A stretch of 64,000 bases of DNA from an uncultured cyanobacterium (GCA_963793425.1 CAWCAG010000001.1:192001-256000); one strand, 5' to 3'; positions 1 through 10,315 are shown, counted from the stretch's first letter. Made by a program: numbers and translations. Notes: a model not told the origin generated them from the letters alone.

Positions 1-369
1 GTTTTACTTGGTTTCAATGCGGCGGTGGAAGATGATCTTGAGAATCGCCCTAGTCACCATGACACTGAAGAAGATCACGAACATGACGAAGAAATTAATT
101 CAGTACAGTTAATTTTAGAGCAAAGTTTTGAACCGAAAGCCCTAACCAGTAAATTACAAACCTTGGTACAAGCAGAGGAAATTTATCGAGTTAAGGGTTT
201 TGTTAATGTAGCCAATAAACCCATGCGTTTGGTATTACAAGGAGTAGGAAATCGCTTTGATTCATTCTATGATCGGGCTTGGGAAGCTCAAGAATCTCGT
301 CAAACTAGGTTAGTGCTGATTGGGCGTAATCTTGATCAGGGGAAGATAGAACAAGCTATCCTTAATTAA
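1..369 (+). CDS. cobW: CobW/COG0523-family GTPase, C-terminal part (5' end outside window)
   Basis: His/Asp-rich linker (SHHDTEEDHEHD) followed by CobW_C motifs IYRVKGF and LVLIGR. Confidence 0.85.
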   Translation, partial: VLLGFNAAVEDDLENRPSHHDTEEDHEHDEEINSVQLILEQSFEPKALTSKLQTLVQAEEIYRVKGFVNVANKPMRLVLQGVGNRFDSFYDRAWEAQESRQTRLVLIGRNLDQGKIEQAILN

Positions 370-375
370 GAAAAG

Positions 376-447
376 AGCCGATGGAGGGATTTGAACCCAC
401 GACCCATCGCTTACGAAGCGATCGCTCTACCACTGAGCTACATCGGC
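376..447 (-). tRNA. tRNA-Thr(CGT)
   Basis: Reverse complement GCCGATGTAGCTCAGTGGTAGAGCGATCGCTTCGTAAGCGATGGGTCGTGGGTTCAAATCCCTCCATCGGCT folds as a cloverleaf; anticodon loop TTCGTAA. Confidence 0.95.
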
Positions 448-583
448 ATTTCTAGCTAACTATTATAACTTATTAGCTGTCAGGCATTGAGATTATCTAT
501 TGGGGGACCGGAAGTAGGGAGTGGGCAGTGGGCAGCAGAAAGATAGTTACAGCTTATTTAGTTGTTACCATTAGCCATTAGCA

Positions 584-1384
584 ATGACTCAAAATAGCTA
601 TCGATTGCGAACAGAAAAATTAGTTCTTGGTTACGATAACACGGTAATTATTCAAGAACTTGATTTAGCTATTCCTACAGGGAAAATCACTGTTTTAGTG
701 GGGGCTAATGGTTGCGGCAAATCTACTTTATTGCGAGGGATGGCACGGTTGCTTAAACCTCGTAGTGGGATAGTTTATCTTGATGGACAAGATGTTAATC
801 AACTACCAACTAAAGAAGTAGCCCGAAACTTAGCTATGTTACCTCAAAATCCTCTTGCCCCGGAAGGATTAACGGTACAAGACTTGGTTTCTCAAGGGCG
901 TTATCCTTACCAAACTTGGTGGCAACAATGGTCAAAAGAAGATGAAGAAAAAGTTGAAGCAGCCCTAGAAATTACCAACATGATTGAGTTGCGATCGCGC
1001 AACTTAGATACCCTTTCTGGGGGGCAAAGGCAAAGGGCTTGGATCGCTATGACTTTAGCCCAGGATACAGATATTATCCTTTTAGATGAACCAACTACTT
1101 TCTTAGATTTAGCTTATCAAATAGAAATCTTAGATTTACTTTGGCAATTGCATAAAAGTCAAGGTAGAACTATTGTCATGGTACTCCATGATCTTAACCA
1201 AGCTTGTCGCTACGGAGATAATTTAGTAGCGATTAAAACAGGTGAGATTTATGCCCAAGGTAAGCCCGATCAAGTAATGACAGAAGAAATGGTTCAAGAA
1301 GTTTTTAATCTGAACTGTAAAATTATTACTGATCCTATTGCGGAAACTCCTTTGTGTATACCAATAAGTAAAGTGATATGCTAG
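584..1384 (+). CDS. FecE/FhuC-type iron-siderophore ABC transporter ATP-binding protein
   Basis: Walker [17 protein letters not shown] signature, [14 protein letters not shown]. Confidence 0.9.
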   Translation: MTQNSYRLRTEKLVLGYDNTVIIQELDLAIPTGKITVLVGANGCGKSTLLRGMARLLKPRSGIVYLDGQDVNQLPTKEVARNLAMLPQNPLAPEGLTVQDLVSQGRYPYQTWWQQWSKEDEEKVEAALEITNMIELRSRNLDTLSGGQRQRAWIAMTLAQDTDIILLDEPTTFLDLAYQIEILDLLWQLHKSQGRTIVMVLHDLNQACRYGDNLVAIKTGEIYAQGKPDQVMTEEMVQEVFNLNCKIITDPIAETPLCIPISKVIC

Positions 1385-1450
1385 TTACTAATGGCTAATG
1401 GAAGCGTGGAAATAGACAAAATGTACCTCATGAGTCCGAGAAAAGCTATA
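1380..1450. mobile_element. Partial copy of the TA-flanked MITE family (right end TGTACCTCA-N-CGAGAAAAGCTATA)
   Basis: Matches the ends of the elements at 6819-6909 and 39364-39477; left end degenerate. Confidence 0.7.
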
Positions 1451-1464
1451 TACCTGAAGCTAAG

Positions 1465-1720
1465 ATGTTTATTAGAGATCAGCAAGGGGCAGTTATTCTT
1501 GGTAAGAGAGAAGCTAGCGAAGAAGGAAGAAAGCAGGGGCTACAAGAAGGTAGACAGGAGGGATTACAAGAAGGCCAAATTGCAGGTCGCATTGCTGGTA
1601 TGCAACAGTTGATTTTGGGATTGCTGGAACGCTCTTTAGGTGAACTATCTCTAGAGATAAAGATTAGAATTGAGCAGTTATCTCTAGAGAAATTAGACAA
1701 TCTTGGCGAGGCAATTTTCT
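1465..1720 (+). pseudogene. Orphan Rpn/DUF4351-like C-terminal tail, running into the antisense strand of the SPFH gene
   Basis: MFIRDQQGAV resembles LFIYDQQGAI of the Rpn gene at 8349-9189; EGRQEG repeats; IEQLSLEKLDNLGEAIF; after ~1720 the ORF is only antisense of the SPFH gene. Confidence 0.65.
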
Positions 1721-2478
1721 CGGCAATCCGTTCTAAAACTTCTAACTCCTTCAAACATAACGCCACAGGATTGTTTTCCATAACCTTCGCTGTATTCAAC
1801 ATACTGCGGGTTGCGGCGGTTTCTTCTCGACGACGAATTACGTTTGCTTGGGCAGATTTCTCTGCTTCTACAACCTTACCTAAAATATCCCTAATTTCCC
1901 CCGGCAGGATAATATCTTTCACACCAACAGAATCTACTTCCAGTCCATATTCTGCGGTTTTCTCTTTAATATAGCTGGCGATCGCACCATCGATTTGTCC
2001 TTTATCTTCCAATAAAGAATCTAAAGTTTTCTCCCCAACCGCAGCCCGTAGGGCAAATTGCAATTCTTTGTACAAATAACCCTTAACATCAACTAAATGA
2101 TTCCTGGCAGTGAGGGGATCAGCAATGCGAAAACCCGCCGTTAAATTTAGGCGCAAAGGTACTTTATCCTGAGAAAGGATATCCTGTCCAGAAACTTCTA
2201 GGGTTTGTTGACGCAGATCAAAAACTTCTGTTTGCCAACTACGGCCAAAAGTCCACCAAGCATGGATTCCTGCTGCTAATGTATCACAAAATTCTCGATT
2301 GATATACAACAAGCCAATGTGTTGAGAAGCAATATTACAAGTATACAAAGATGCTTGGCTCAATCTTAAAGTTTCTGGCAATCCAGATACCAACTCTGCC
2401 ACCAAGTGGGGTGGTAATTTAGCCTCGTTGCTAATCTCAATTTCTTCTACTTCAACCCCTTGCCAAAAGAGTTTGCTA
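1709..2478 (-). pseudogene. SPFH/slipin (band 7) family gene, apparently truncated at both ends
   Basis: DILSQDKVPLRLN, VGVKDIILPG, RRREETAATRSMLNTAKVMENNP; family-like sequence stops after LERIAEKI; in-frame remnant KLFWQGVEVE upstream without a clear start. Confidence 0.75.
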
Positions 2479-2583
2479 AAGCAGCAGCAGAAAAAAAGTA
2501 TAAGCTAACTTTTCTGTTGGGGTGCAATGTACCCAAAATAGGTTGATTATGAGCCGGGTTGTACTAAACCCGGTTCTTAAAGT

Positions 2584-2612
2584 GTGATACCTACGGTGGG
2601 CTTTGCCTACGC
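2584..2612. mobile_element. SDR5-like 21-nt element inserted in a (degenerate) HIP1 site
   Basis: GTGAT|ACCTACGGTGGGCTTTGCCTA|CGC. Confidence 0.75.
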
Positions 2613-2688
2613 AAGTTGTTGAGCTTGTCTGCGGTAACTAGCCAACAACAGTAAATTCAACTTTGCTGTTAAGGAAACTGACTATGTT

Positions 2689-2723
2689 GCGATCAGCTTT
2701 GCTGGTGCGCGGAGCGCAATCGC
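2689..2723. mobile_element. 27-nt double-mini-hairpin element inserted in a HIP1 site
   Basis: GCGAT|CAGCTTTGCTGGTGCGCGGAGCGCAAT|CGC; hairpins CAGC-TTT-GCTG and TGCGC-GGA-GCGCA. Confidence 0.7.
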
Positions 2724-2999
2724 CAAGGATATTAGTAACATCACCAGTTTGGTAATTATCAATAACTACTTTTGTTACTTTTTTATTGATTGTTTCCAAT
2801 GCCACTAGAAAATCATGAAAACTGCTAGTTTTTTTATTTTTTATTACTTGAAATAGTAACCATCATTAATCCACGGAACAATGACTTCATGCTTGAATAT
2901 GGCTAATAAGAAATTCCTTATTTGAAGTTAAGCAATTTAAGCAAATTTAAGTTAAAATCAATAACAAATTTAGCTCTTTTTACTCTACAGTTCTCAGCT

Positions 3000-3707
3000 A
3001 TGGTAACTACTACAAACACACCCATTATTTCCTGGGAAAAGCTACCGGTAGATTTTCCCATACCAGATGAACCTGTGGATAATATTGCTCAAGTTGAACT
3101 TGCATCTGCTTTAACTGATAGCCTAGAAGTTGCCCAATTGCTCCCAGAAAATGCCCTAGTAATTGGGGATTATCCTATCTGCGCTAAAGTCAATGACAAA
3201 ACGGTACTCAAAGCTCCCGACTGGCTTTATGTACCGAAAATAAAGGCAACTTTGCAAGAAATTAACCGCAGCTATACTCCTCATCTTGATGGCGAAATTC
3301 CGGCTGTGGTGATGGAATTTCTCTCAGACAAAGAAGGGGGAGAATATTCGGTAAAACCGACTTATCCTCCTGGTAAGTGGTATTTCTATGAGAAGGTGTT
3401 GCAAGTTCGGATTTATGTAATTTTTGAGCCAAAACAAGGGCTATTAGAAGTTTATCAGCTAGGTGATACAGGAAGTTATCAAAAGCAAGAATTAGATAGT
3501 AATAGTCGTTATTTTTTATCAGCTTTGAACTTGTTTCTGGGTGTCTGGCAAGGAAAGAAAAGAAATCGGACTGGTTACTGGCTGCGTTTTTGGGGCGAAG
3601 AGGGAAATTTGTTGCCTTGGAGTGTGGAGTTTCTGGAGAGAGAAAAGGCTAGGGCTGATAAGTTGCTTGAACAGTTGAGGAAAGCGGGAATTGAGCCAGA
3701 ATTTTAG
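3000..3707 (+). CDS. Uma2 (DUF820) family PD-(D/E)XK endonuclease-like protein
   Basis: LPVDFPIPDEPVDN, KAPDW, VMEFLS, KWYFYEKVLQV, tail LRKAGIEP; ATG 3000 preferred over TTG 2922. Confidence 0.85.
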   Translation: MVTTTNTPIISWEKLPVDFPIPDEPVDNIAQVELASALTDSLEVAQLLPENALVIGDYPICAKVNDKTVLKAPDWLYVPKIKATLQEINRSYTPHLDGEIPAVVMEFLSDKEGGEYSVKPTYPPGKWYFYEKVLQVRIYVIFEPKQGLLEVYQLGDTGSYQKQELDSNSRYFLSALNLFLGVWQGKKRNRTGYWLRFWGEEGNLLPWSVEFLEREKARADKLLEQLRKAGIEPEF

Positions 3708-3755
3708 GAGATTTTTAGTGGATAAGAATATTTAAGCGATCGCTTCGCTGCACCC

Positions 3756-3909
3756 GTAGGGTGGGCAAGTTGAGCAATAAAATTAGCATCAAAAACCCGT
3801 TTTTTCTTGCCCACCGTAACTAATTGAAATCCCTTGATAATGGTGGAATGGTGGGCAAATCTCATAAAATAAGTTTAATTAACAACTCTACAATTTTTGC
3901 CCACCCTAC
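3756..3909. repeat. Two REP-like inverted-repeat units GGTGGGCAA...TTGCCCACC
   Basis: 3760-3769/3806-3815 and 3850-3859/3896-3909; further copies at 34242-34298, 34329 and 23438. Confidence 0.8.
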
Positions 3910-3928
3910 TTTTTGCTTTCGACTGGCT

Positions 3929-4345
3929 CTAAAGGTTGTTGTATCTGAGTTCAAAATCACCAACTTGGCAGGTTATCGTTTGATATTGATTAGCCAAAAC
4001 ACCTATTATACAGAAACCTTTACCTGCAATCTCTGTTGCACTACCGTCTATATACAATTGTGAGGCAAGGTAAGCAGTAGTACTCCCCTCTGTCCTAAAA
4101 GGTTTAGACGAAGTAATAAACCCAATCGGTTCACCGTTAAATAAGTACGAGAAGATGTAAAGGTTTTCGTACTCTATGAGTTTGAATGAATCGCAAGTTG
4201 TTTTAACTTCTCCATCTTCGATAAGCTGGCAGTTTCTAGGGCTATTATTACTATGTAATGTTTGCTCCTGTGCAGAAACCTGGGGAGCAAAGCTTAGTAA
4301 AGAGACAAAAGCAATGGCCGAAAGTCTACCGAGAATACTTTTCAT
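3929..4345 (-). CDS. Hypothetical secreted protein
   Basis: Sec signal peptide ending VSA-Q; four Cys. Confidence 0.7.
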   Translation of the reverse strand: MKSILGRLSAIAFVSLLSFAPQVSAQEQTLHSNNSPRNCQLIEDGEVKTTCDSFKLIEYENLYIFSYLFNGEPIGFITSSKPFRTEGSTTAYLASQLYIDGSATEIAGKGFCIIGVLANQYQTITCQVGDFELRYNNL

Positions 4346-4410
4346 GAAAGAATAATTTCTAAAGTTTGATAAAAGCCAGAAGATGTTCTTCGTAAGGCAT
4401 AAAATGTTTT

Positions 4411-4503
4411 TAAGGACTTACGCAATTAGCTTTTGCAAACCTATACGAGAAGTTTTTTTGCACCCTTACAGCAACCCTTAAGCGCTTCGTTGCGTAAGCC
4501 CCG
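4411..4503. mobile_element. MITE-like element with terminal inverted repeats GGACTTACGCA...TGCGTAAGCCC
   Basis: Imperfect terminal inverted repeats about 90 bp apart, intergenic. Confidence 0.6.
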
Positions 4504-4525
4504 TGTCTAACTAGAATTATTACTT

Positions 4526-4987
4526 TTAAAGAAAAACCCCAGCAAGAAAGACGTTTTTATCATCTACTAATTCTAAAATCTGGTTGAACTTAGCAAGGAG
4601 TCCAATTGCGCGGGGTTGTTGAGATTTATCTAAACTTTGATACCATTCAGAAGCCATCATTTCTGGGGTGCTAGGTAATTGACCACCTGCATATTCAAGG
4701 AGAAAGTTCTGTACCATCTCTTGCTCGCCTGCGGGGAGAGTAGTAGACCATTCTTTGTAAATAACTACAGCTAAATCACTACCCGATTCAACTTCGCTAG
4801 TATCAACATTATCTACATTAATCCCTAAGCTTTCTCCTAGCCCTTTTAACTCTCTAAATTGATCTTTTGTAGTGTTAACTATGTCAACCACGTCACCTAG
4901 AATATCAAACGGCCCTGCAAACGCAGGTGCTGTAACTGTAGTAGCTAAGATTAGGCTGACTGGAATAGCAAAGTACTTAAAAGACAT
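4526..4987 (-). CDS. Hypothetical secreted protein
   Basis: Signal peptide ending AFA-G; 153 aa ORF. Confidence 0.7.
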   Translation of the reverse strand: MSFKYFAIPVSLILATTVTAPAFAGPFDILGDVVDIVNTTKDQFRELKGLGESLGINVDNVDTSEVESGSDLAVVIYKEWSTTLPAGEQEMVQNFLLEYAGGQLPSTPEMMASEWYQSLDKSQQPRAIGLLAKFNQILELVDDKNVFLAGVFL

Positions 4988-5201
4988 AACAATTTTCTCA
5001 CACTAATTTTTGGGGATAAGAGCAAACTGTGTAGGTATGAAACTCTAATCAGTAGCTCTTACTTTTGATTTATCCAGGAAGCCTTTTTATTTACGCAAAA
5101 TTCTCAAATTCTTTTGAAGACATTGATGAATAGAGACTAAAAGCCTTATAAATAGGTGTTTACAGTCCTCTTAACCTATGACTTATTACTTGTTACTTAA
5201 C

Positions 5202-8200
5202 TTAATCTGATTCCCCAATTAAAGTAAAAGCGGCCCAGTTTCTTGGTTCAGGGTGCTGCTTCATAGTTGCTAACATCGCTTGTCGCAATGCTTGTGCCTT
5301 ATCTGGGTTTTTCTCTAATTGGTTGTAAAACTCCACCATTAACTCTCCTGTAGGAGCATCAGGCACTGCCCAGAGGGATACCAATACACTAGGAACCCCG
5401 GCACTAATAAAGGAACGGGATAAACCAATTACCCCATCTCCGGTAATCTTACCTCTGCCTGTGTTACAAGCGCTCAAAACCACTAAATTAGCTTGCAGGT
5501 TCATATCGTAAATTTCCGTCGCTGTCAGGAGTCCATTGCCTGGGGAAGAGTCTGGGGCTAAGGCGATTCCACTTCCCATTCCTTGTACGTCGTCTAGTAA
5601 GCCATGGGTGGCGAGGTGAATTAAGTTAGCGCTTGCCATTTGCTTAACTATGGCTGATTTAGTTGCTTGGTTACCAGTGAGGGCTTGGGTATTTAATAGA
5701 GGTGCGATCGCATTTGCTTCTTTTTCTGCACCAGGAAGGGAGGCTAGTTGTATGGCGGGTTCGAGGGGGTCATCTTTTACCTTGGGCATGGTGGGGTTGC
5801 CTACTACTAAGGCATCTCCGGTTGTTGTTGCTGCTTTTGTTTTTGTTCTCTGGTTAGTTGCAAAGTCTGGATAGAAGGGGCGGTGAGGATGCTGTGTTTT
5901 TCGATGAGGTAGTTTCCCTGTTCATCTTGCAGGGCAGGAAAGGGAGTGAGGAAGAGGGCTTGTTGGGGGATGAAGATGACTTTTTCGTTGGGGTCATCGG
6001 GTAGTAAGTCGGCGATGGGGTCAATGAGGATTTGGTGGAGGCGGTTTAAACCATTTTTGTAGGGTTCAAATCCTGGTCTGGGTTCGATGGCAATTATGTC
6101 GCGGTTGAGGCTACGGAGGGGTAAGCCCTGTACTCCCAAGGCGATGCGGGTGTGGGTAACAAGTTTGGCTAAGGAGGTGTTTTCTTTTGAGGTTACTGCG
6201 ACGGAAAGTTATTTCTCCGGTGGGCTTGACTATCCAGATAAAAAGTTCTGCTTCTTTGCCTTTGTCGTAAATTAGGGAGTATTCAACTAAGGTTGCATTT
6301 TGTTGTTGAGCAATTTGTTTGATTTGTTCTATGTTTGGTGGTGTTATGATTGTTGGGAAGGAGTTATCTTGGTTAGCTAGGCGTTTGGCTAATAGTTCGA
6401 CAAATGCTCTTGCACGACCTCTTTCTGAAATTTCAAGGGCTTCATCGGTTTTATTTTGGGCAATGAGAACTCGTTGTAGACTTCGGTAGGTATAGTTTGT
6501 TCTTCAAAAATAGATATTTTAAAGTCATGTTGTCACCAAAAAACTCCAGAGACTCTCCAAAATATTTGAGGGCTTGTTGTAAAGATTTTTCTGCCTCTTC
6601 AAGTTGACCAAGTTCAAATAAAGATGTTCCTATATTGTTGAGCGAGTGTTCATCTCTTTCTTCTGTGTTTTCAGCCTTTTCTAAACTTTGCCGAGAAAAA
6701 GTTATAGCTTGGTGTAATCTCCAAGAGATAGGTAAGCACTACCTAAATTGCACCAAATAGAAAGTTCTCCAGAGAGACGGTTATTTCTTATTGCGATGGC
6801 TAACGCTTGTTTATAATATAGCCTTTCTCGGACTGATGAGGTACATTTCCACTAGCCACTAGCCAAAGCGCAAAAACCAGGCTGTACCTCACTAGCCTAA
6901 GAATCGCTATAATCAATTGCCTGAGCGTAATTTTTTTGTCTTCTGTAAGCAGTACCCAAATTATCTAAAGCTATCCTTTCTGTATTATAATCCTCAATCT
7001 CTTGGGCAATTTCCAAAGCTCCACTTAACATTTTTATAGCTGGCTCATAGTATCCTAACTCTCTGTAGTTATAACCAAGATTAAGCAAAGCTTTCATTCC
7101 CATTTCAGAATCATTTATTTCTTCAGCAATAGTTAAAGCCTTCTCAAGATATGCGATCGCTTGCTGATTCTTTCCTATGAATCCGTATGGAACTGCTAAG
7201 TTTAGTAAAAAAGAATCCTTCTTGTTTTCTATTATCTATCTCTTGAGCAATTGATAAAGCTTGTTGATAAACTTGAATTGCTTTAGCGTAATATCTAATT
7301 TCGTTATAGGCATTTCCCAAGTTCATTAAGGTTAAAGCTTGACCTTGGCGATCACCCATTTCTTGAAGTATAGTAATCGTTTCTTCCCAAGATTGTATTG
7401 CTGCTTGAAACTGACCACTACTATACTGCTCAAATCCTTGTTGAAAAAGTTGTTCAGCTTTTGCTTGTTGTGGAGAATTTGATGAGGCTTCTTGAGCCGT
7501 TAATAAGCCTTGTTGTGCCGACTTTTCCATTTCAGAATCATTAATTTGTTGAGCAATAATTAAACTTTCTTGGAAAAACTCAATCGCTTTATTATAATGA
7601 CCTTTAATTCTGTAAATAAGTCCCAAGTACTAGGTAATAGCCTTCCTTGAGATCAATAGCCTATCTCCCTATCAATTGTTAAAATTGCTGATAAAACTAA
7701 TGGCTTTTTCGTACTACTTAACGAAGAGTAAGTATTCCCAAAAGCTCATTAGGGAATCGACCTTCCTTGGCGATTATCGATTTCTCTATCAATAGTTAAA
7801 TTTTGTTGAAAAAACTAATGGCTTTTTCGTATTGCACTCATAAGAGTAAGCAAGTCCTAAATTACTTAGGGAATCTACTTCTCGGTCAATACCATTTCCC
7901 TTTTAGTAGTTAAAGATTGTTGATAAAACTTAAGGCTTTTTCGTATTGCCTTAATGAATAGTAAACCTTCCCAAATTATTTAGAGAATTAACCTCTCCTT
8001 GGAGATTACCAATTTCTCGATAAATCTTTAAAGATTGCTGAAAAGATAATATAGCTTCTTGAAACTGATTAGCCTTAGCTTGCTGAATTCCTCGCTGAAG
8101 AAGTCGCTTTGCTTCTACCTGCTTTTCTTCTATAGTTTGCCCTTGCACCGGAGACAAAAAGAAACGAACAGACAAACCCCCAAAACTAAAATTAGTCAGA

Positions 8201-8259
8201 CTTAAAAATAAACTTAGTAGTATGGTAGAGCTAAATTTAGATAGATTCATAACAGTCAT
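5202..8259 (-). pseudogene. TPR + CHAT domain protein, fragmented by many frameshifts and a MITE insertion
   Basis: Consecutive ORF pieces: signal peptide/TPR (7951-8259, 7144-7626, 6897-7103) and CHAT (HLATHG, LSACNTG, WAAFTLIG). Confidence 0.85.
6819..6909. mobile_element. 91-bp MITE with imperfect terminal inverted repeats and TA target duplication
   Basis: TA|TAGCCTTTCTCGG..TGAGGTACA ... TGTACCTCA..GAATCGCTA|TA; removal restores GCA ATT GAT TAT TAT AAA CAA GCG (AIDYYKQA) on the minus strand. Confidence 0.85.
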
Positions 8260-8348
8260 TTTATTAAAAATTAAGTTAAGAACATACTAAATCTTTAGTC
8301 TGCTTCACAAACAATTAAATGCTCAAATCAATTAATAGCCCTTACACT

Positions 8349-9189
8349 TCAACGCAACTCCCTCACTTCTGCAACAGTCAACCCCGTAGTTTCAGCAATT
8401 TGACTATCATCAAAAACATCTAATAATTGACGAGCTATTTCTATAGCTTTTTGGTTCCATACCTTCTTCTATTCCCTCCCGTTTAGCTAAACGAATCGCT
8501 CCTTGTTGGTCATAAATAAACAACTCTCGCTTCTCCAACTCTTCTAATTCATCTCGACTTAAATTAGTTCGGTTAGCAATTTGAAACGCCTTATTTATTG
8601 CTGGGACTGATCCTAAGTTATCTGGCACAGAGTTTAAAGCGTTAGCACTTTTAATAAAGTAAATCCATTTATCAGTAATTGTTGCTAAGTCCTCTTGCTT
8701 TTGAGAAAACTTCGGTAACTCCACAAAAATAAGCTCAATATGATTGCTAGGATAATCAATATTAGTCTTAACCTCTTGAAAACGGAAACGAGAAATAATT
8801 TCCTCAAACTCAGAAAACATCTTAAAATCTGTAATCGTTAAAGCAATCACTGGTTTTAAATCTCGATAACCTTGACCAGATTTAAGCTGAAGGCTGTAGG
8901 TTTTGGCAGCATTGTAAAGTACCCTTTTTGTAAAAGATTCTACATTTAAAACTTGCATCTCAATAATAATCAGGGAACCATCATTAAGTTTTGCTTGGAC
9001 ATCAAGGTAAGTATCTTTTAAACCTTCAACTTTACCAGCTAAGTGAGGATTAATAATTTCTAAATCCTCAATGGTAGGTTCACCGCCGTAAACCAAAGCA
9101 TTAAGAAAGCTAATGAGAATATCTTTACTCTGTTCCGAACCAAAGATTTTCTTAAAAGCATAGTCAGTTTTAGGATTGATGAAATTCAT
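8349..9189 (-). CDS. Rpn family (PD-(D/E)XK nuclease/putative transposase) protein, frameshift near 8454
   Basis: FINPKTDYAFKKIFGS, LDVQAK, IEMQV, FVELPKF; the natural tail QKAIEIARQLLDVFDDSQIAETTGLTVAEVRELR* continues in another frame to 8349. Confidence 0.85.
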
Positions 9190-9201
9190 CTTTTCTACCC
9201 A

Positions 9202-9327
9202 TTACCTTATTTGAGATATTCTCTCCACTTCCTCTAAAGATAAGCTTAAAGCCCCAGCTATCTGTTTCTTAGTTAAACCTAACTCTAATAAACGAGGTAC
9301 TGCTTCCCTTCTAGCCTGTGCTTCTTC
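9202..9327 (-). pseudogene. Orphan Rpn/DUF2887-type C-terminal tail
   Basis: Translates EEAQARREAVPRLLELGLTKKQIAGALSLSLEEVERISQIR*; preceded by an in-frame stop, no start. Confidence 0.6.
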
Positions 9328-9420
9328 TTAAAGCTATCCTACAATTTTGTTTTGACAGAACAGTAGAGTAGCTAATATTAACTTGAAGGCACTCTTGCAA
9401 TAGACGCTTTGGGTTGTTAG

Positions 9421-10039
9421 TTAAAAAAGTTCATCAACTGCGATAAGCCTCCGGCATGGCTACGCTTACGCAAATCCTGGTAAAACTTTTTGGGTTTTTG
9501 CTTCTGTGTCTTGACGATAAAACACCTGTTGTTCATTAGTAATAGATATGACCCATTGACTAGCAGGAAAAATCAACCAAACTTCTTCGCATCCTGAATC
9601 GAGATATTCTTTAACTTTAGTGAATACGTCTTCTGCATAGTCACTAGGTGAGACGATTTCAGCAATTAAAATAAAACTTTGGGGAAGGGTGGTAAACTCG
9701 CCAAATTGAGTGACAAGTTCTGGGGTCAGATAAGCTACATCAGGACGGCGGCCTTGGGCTTGGGTTTGACAGGGGGCTTCTGTATAGACTTCTCCACCCT
9801 GACCACTTGACTCTTGATATATTTCCCCAATAGCGGGCTAATCTGGCTTGAGCGCGGCTGTGTTTAGACCCCATGTAATTTTTGGTGATAATTTGACCAT
9901 CGACCCATTCTGTCCCATCAATAGGTTCCAAGAGCCATTCCTGTAAAGAGAAAGATTCTCTGGTTAACTCTTCTGGCGATTGTTCCACCAGTTTGGGGTC
10001 AATTTTTTGGTGGGAGGAAGAAACTGAAGTCGCAACCAT
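9421..10039 (-). pseudogene. Uma2 family protein, frameshifted (~9810) and truncated by a HIP1 insertion
   Basis: TEWVDGQI, KHSRAQARL, then in another frame RRPDVAY, LIAEIVSP, KVKEYLDSGCEEVWL, QKVLPGF. Confidence 0.8.
9440..9471. mobile_element. 24-nt element inserted into a HIP1 site inside the Uma2 gene
   Basis: GCGAT|AAGCCTCCGGCATGGCTACGCTTA|CGC; removal restores GCGATCGC and codons F-A-I-A-V-D-E-L-F*. Confidence 0.85.
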
Positions 10040-10125
10040 TGCTTTGAACTCGATTAAGAATTAATCTTTGCTGTTCATTTTATCATTAATATGGTCTGGT
10101 GGTTTTTCTTGACTTTGGTGGTGTG

Positions 10126-10315
10126 GGCGACCCAATGAATTTCTTTGCTTTCCCTCAGTTTAAGGGGATCGGGTCACCCCTACAGTCTGGGTAATGGTTG
10201 AGATGCACCGGATGCGATCGCAATTATGAACGCACAACAAAGAAAAAAACATCCATAGGGGCAACCTGATTGAGCAATTTCTGCTAAAAACTATTAAATC
10301 TAATTGGGTTGCCCC
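10126..10315. repeat. Two REP-like units GGGCGACCC...GGGTCGCCCCTAC family
   Basis: 10126-10183 and 10256-10315; related copies at 53065-53123 and half-sites near 14949, 17759 and 23279. Confidence 0.7.

Noticed and set aside
1391..1612. 73-aa ORF
   Set aside because: Starts inside a MITE remnant and overlaps the Rpn tail out of frame.
6833..6890. Hammerhead ribozyme (CTGATGA)
   Set aside because: No GAAA core after the stem; the motif is part of the MITE terminal repeat.
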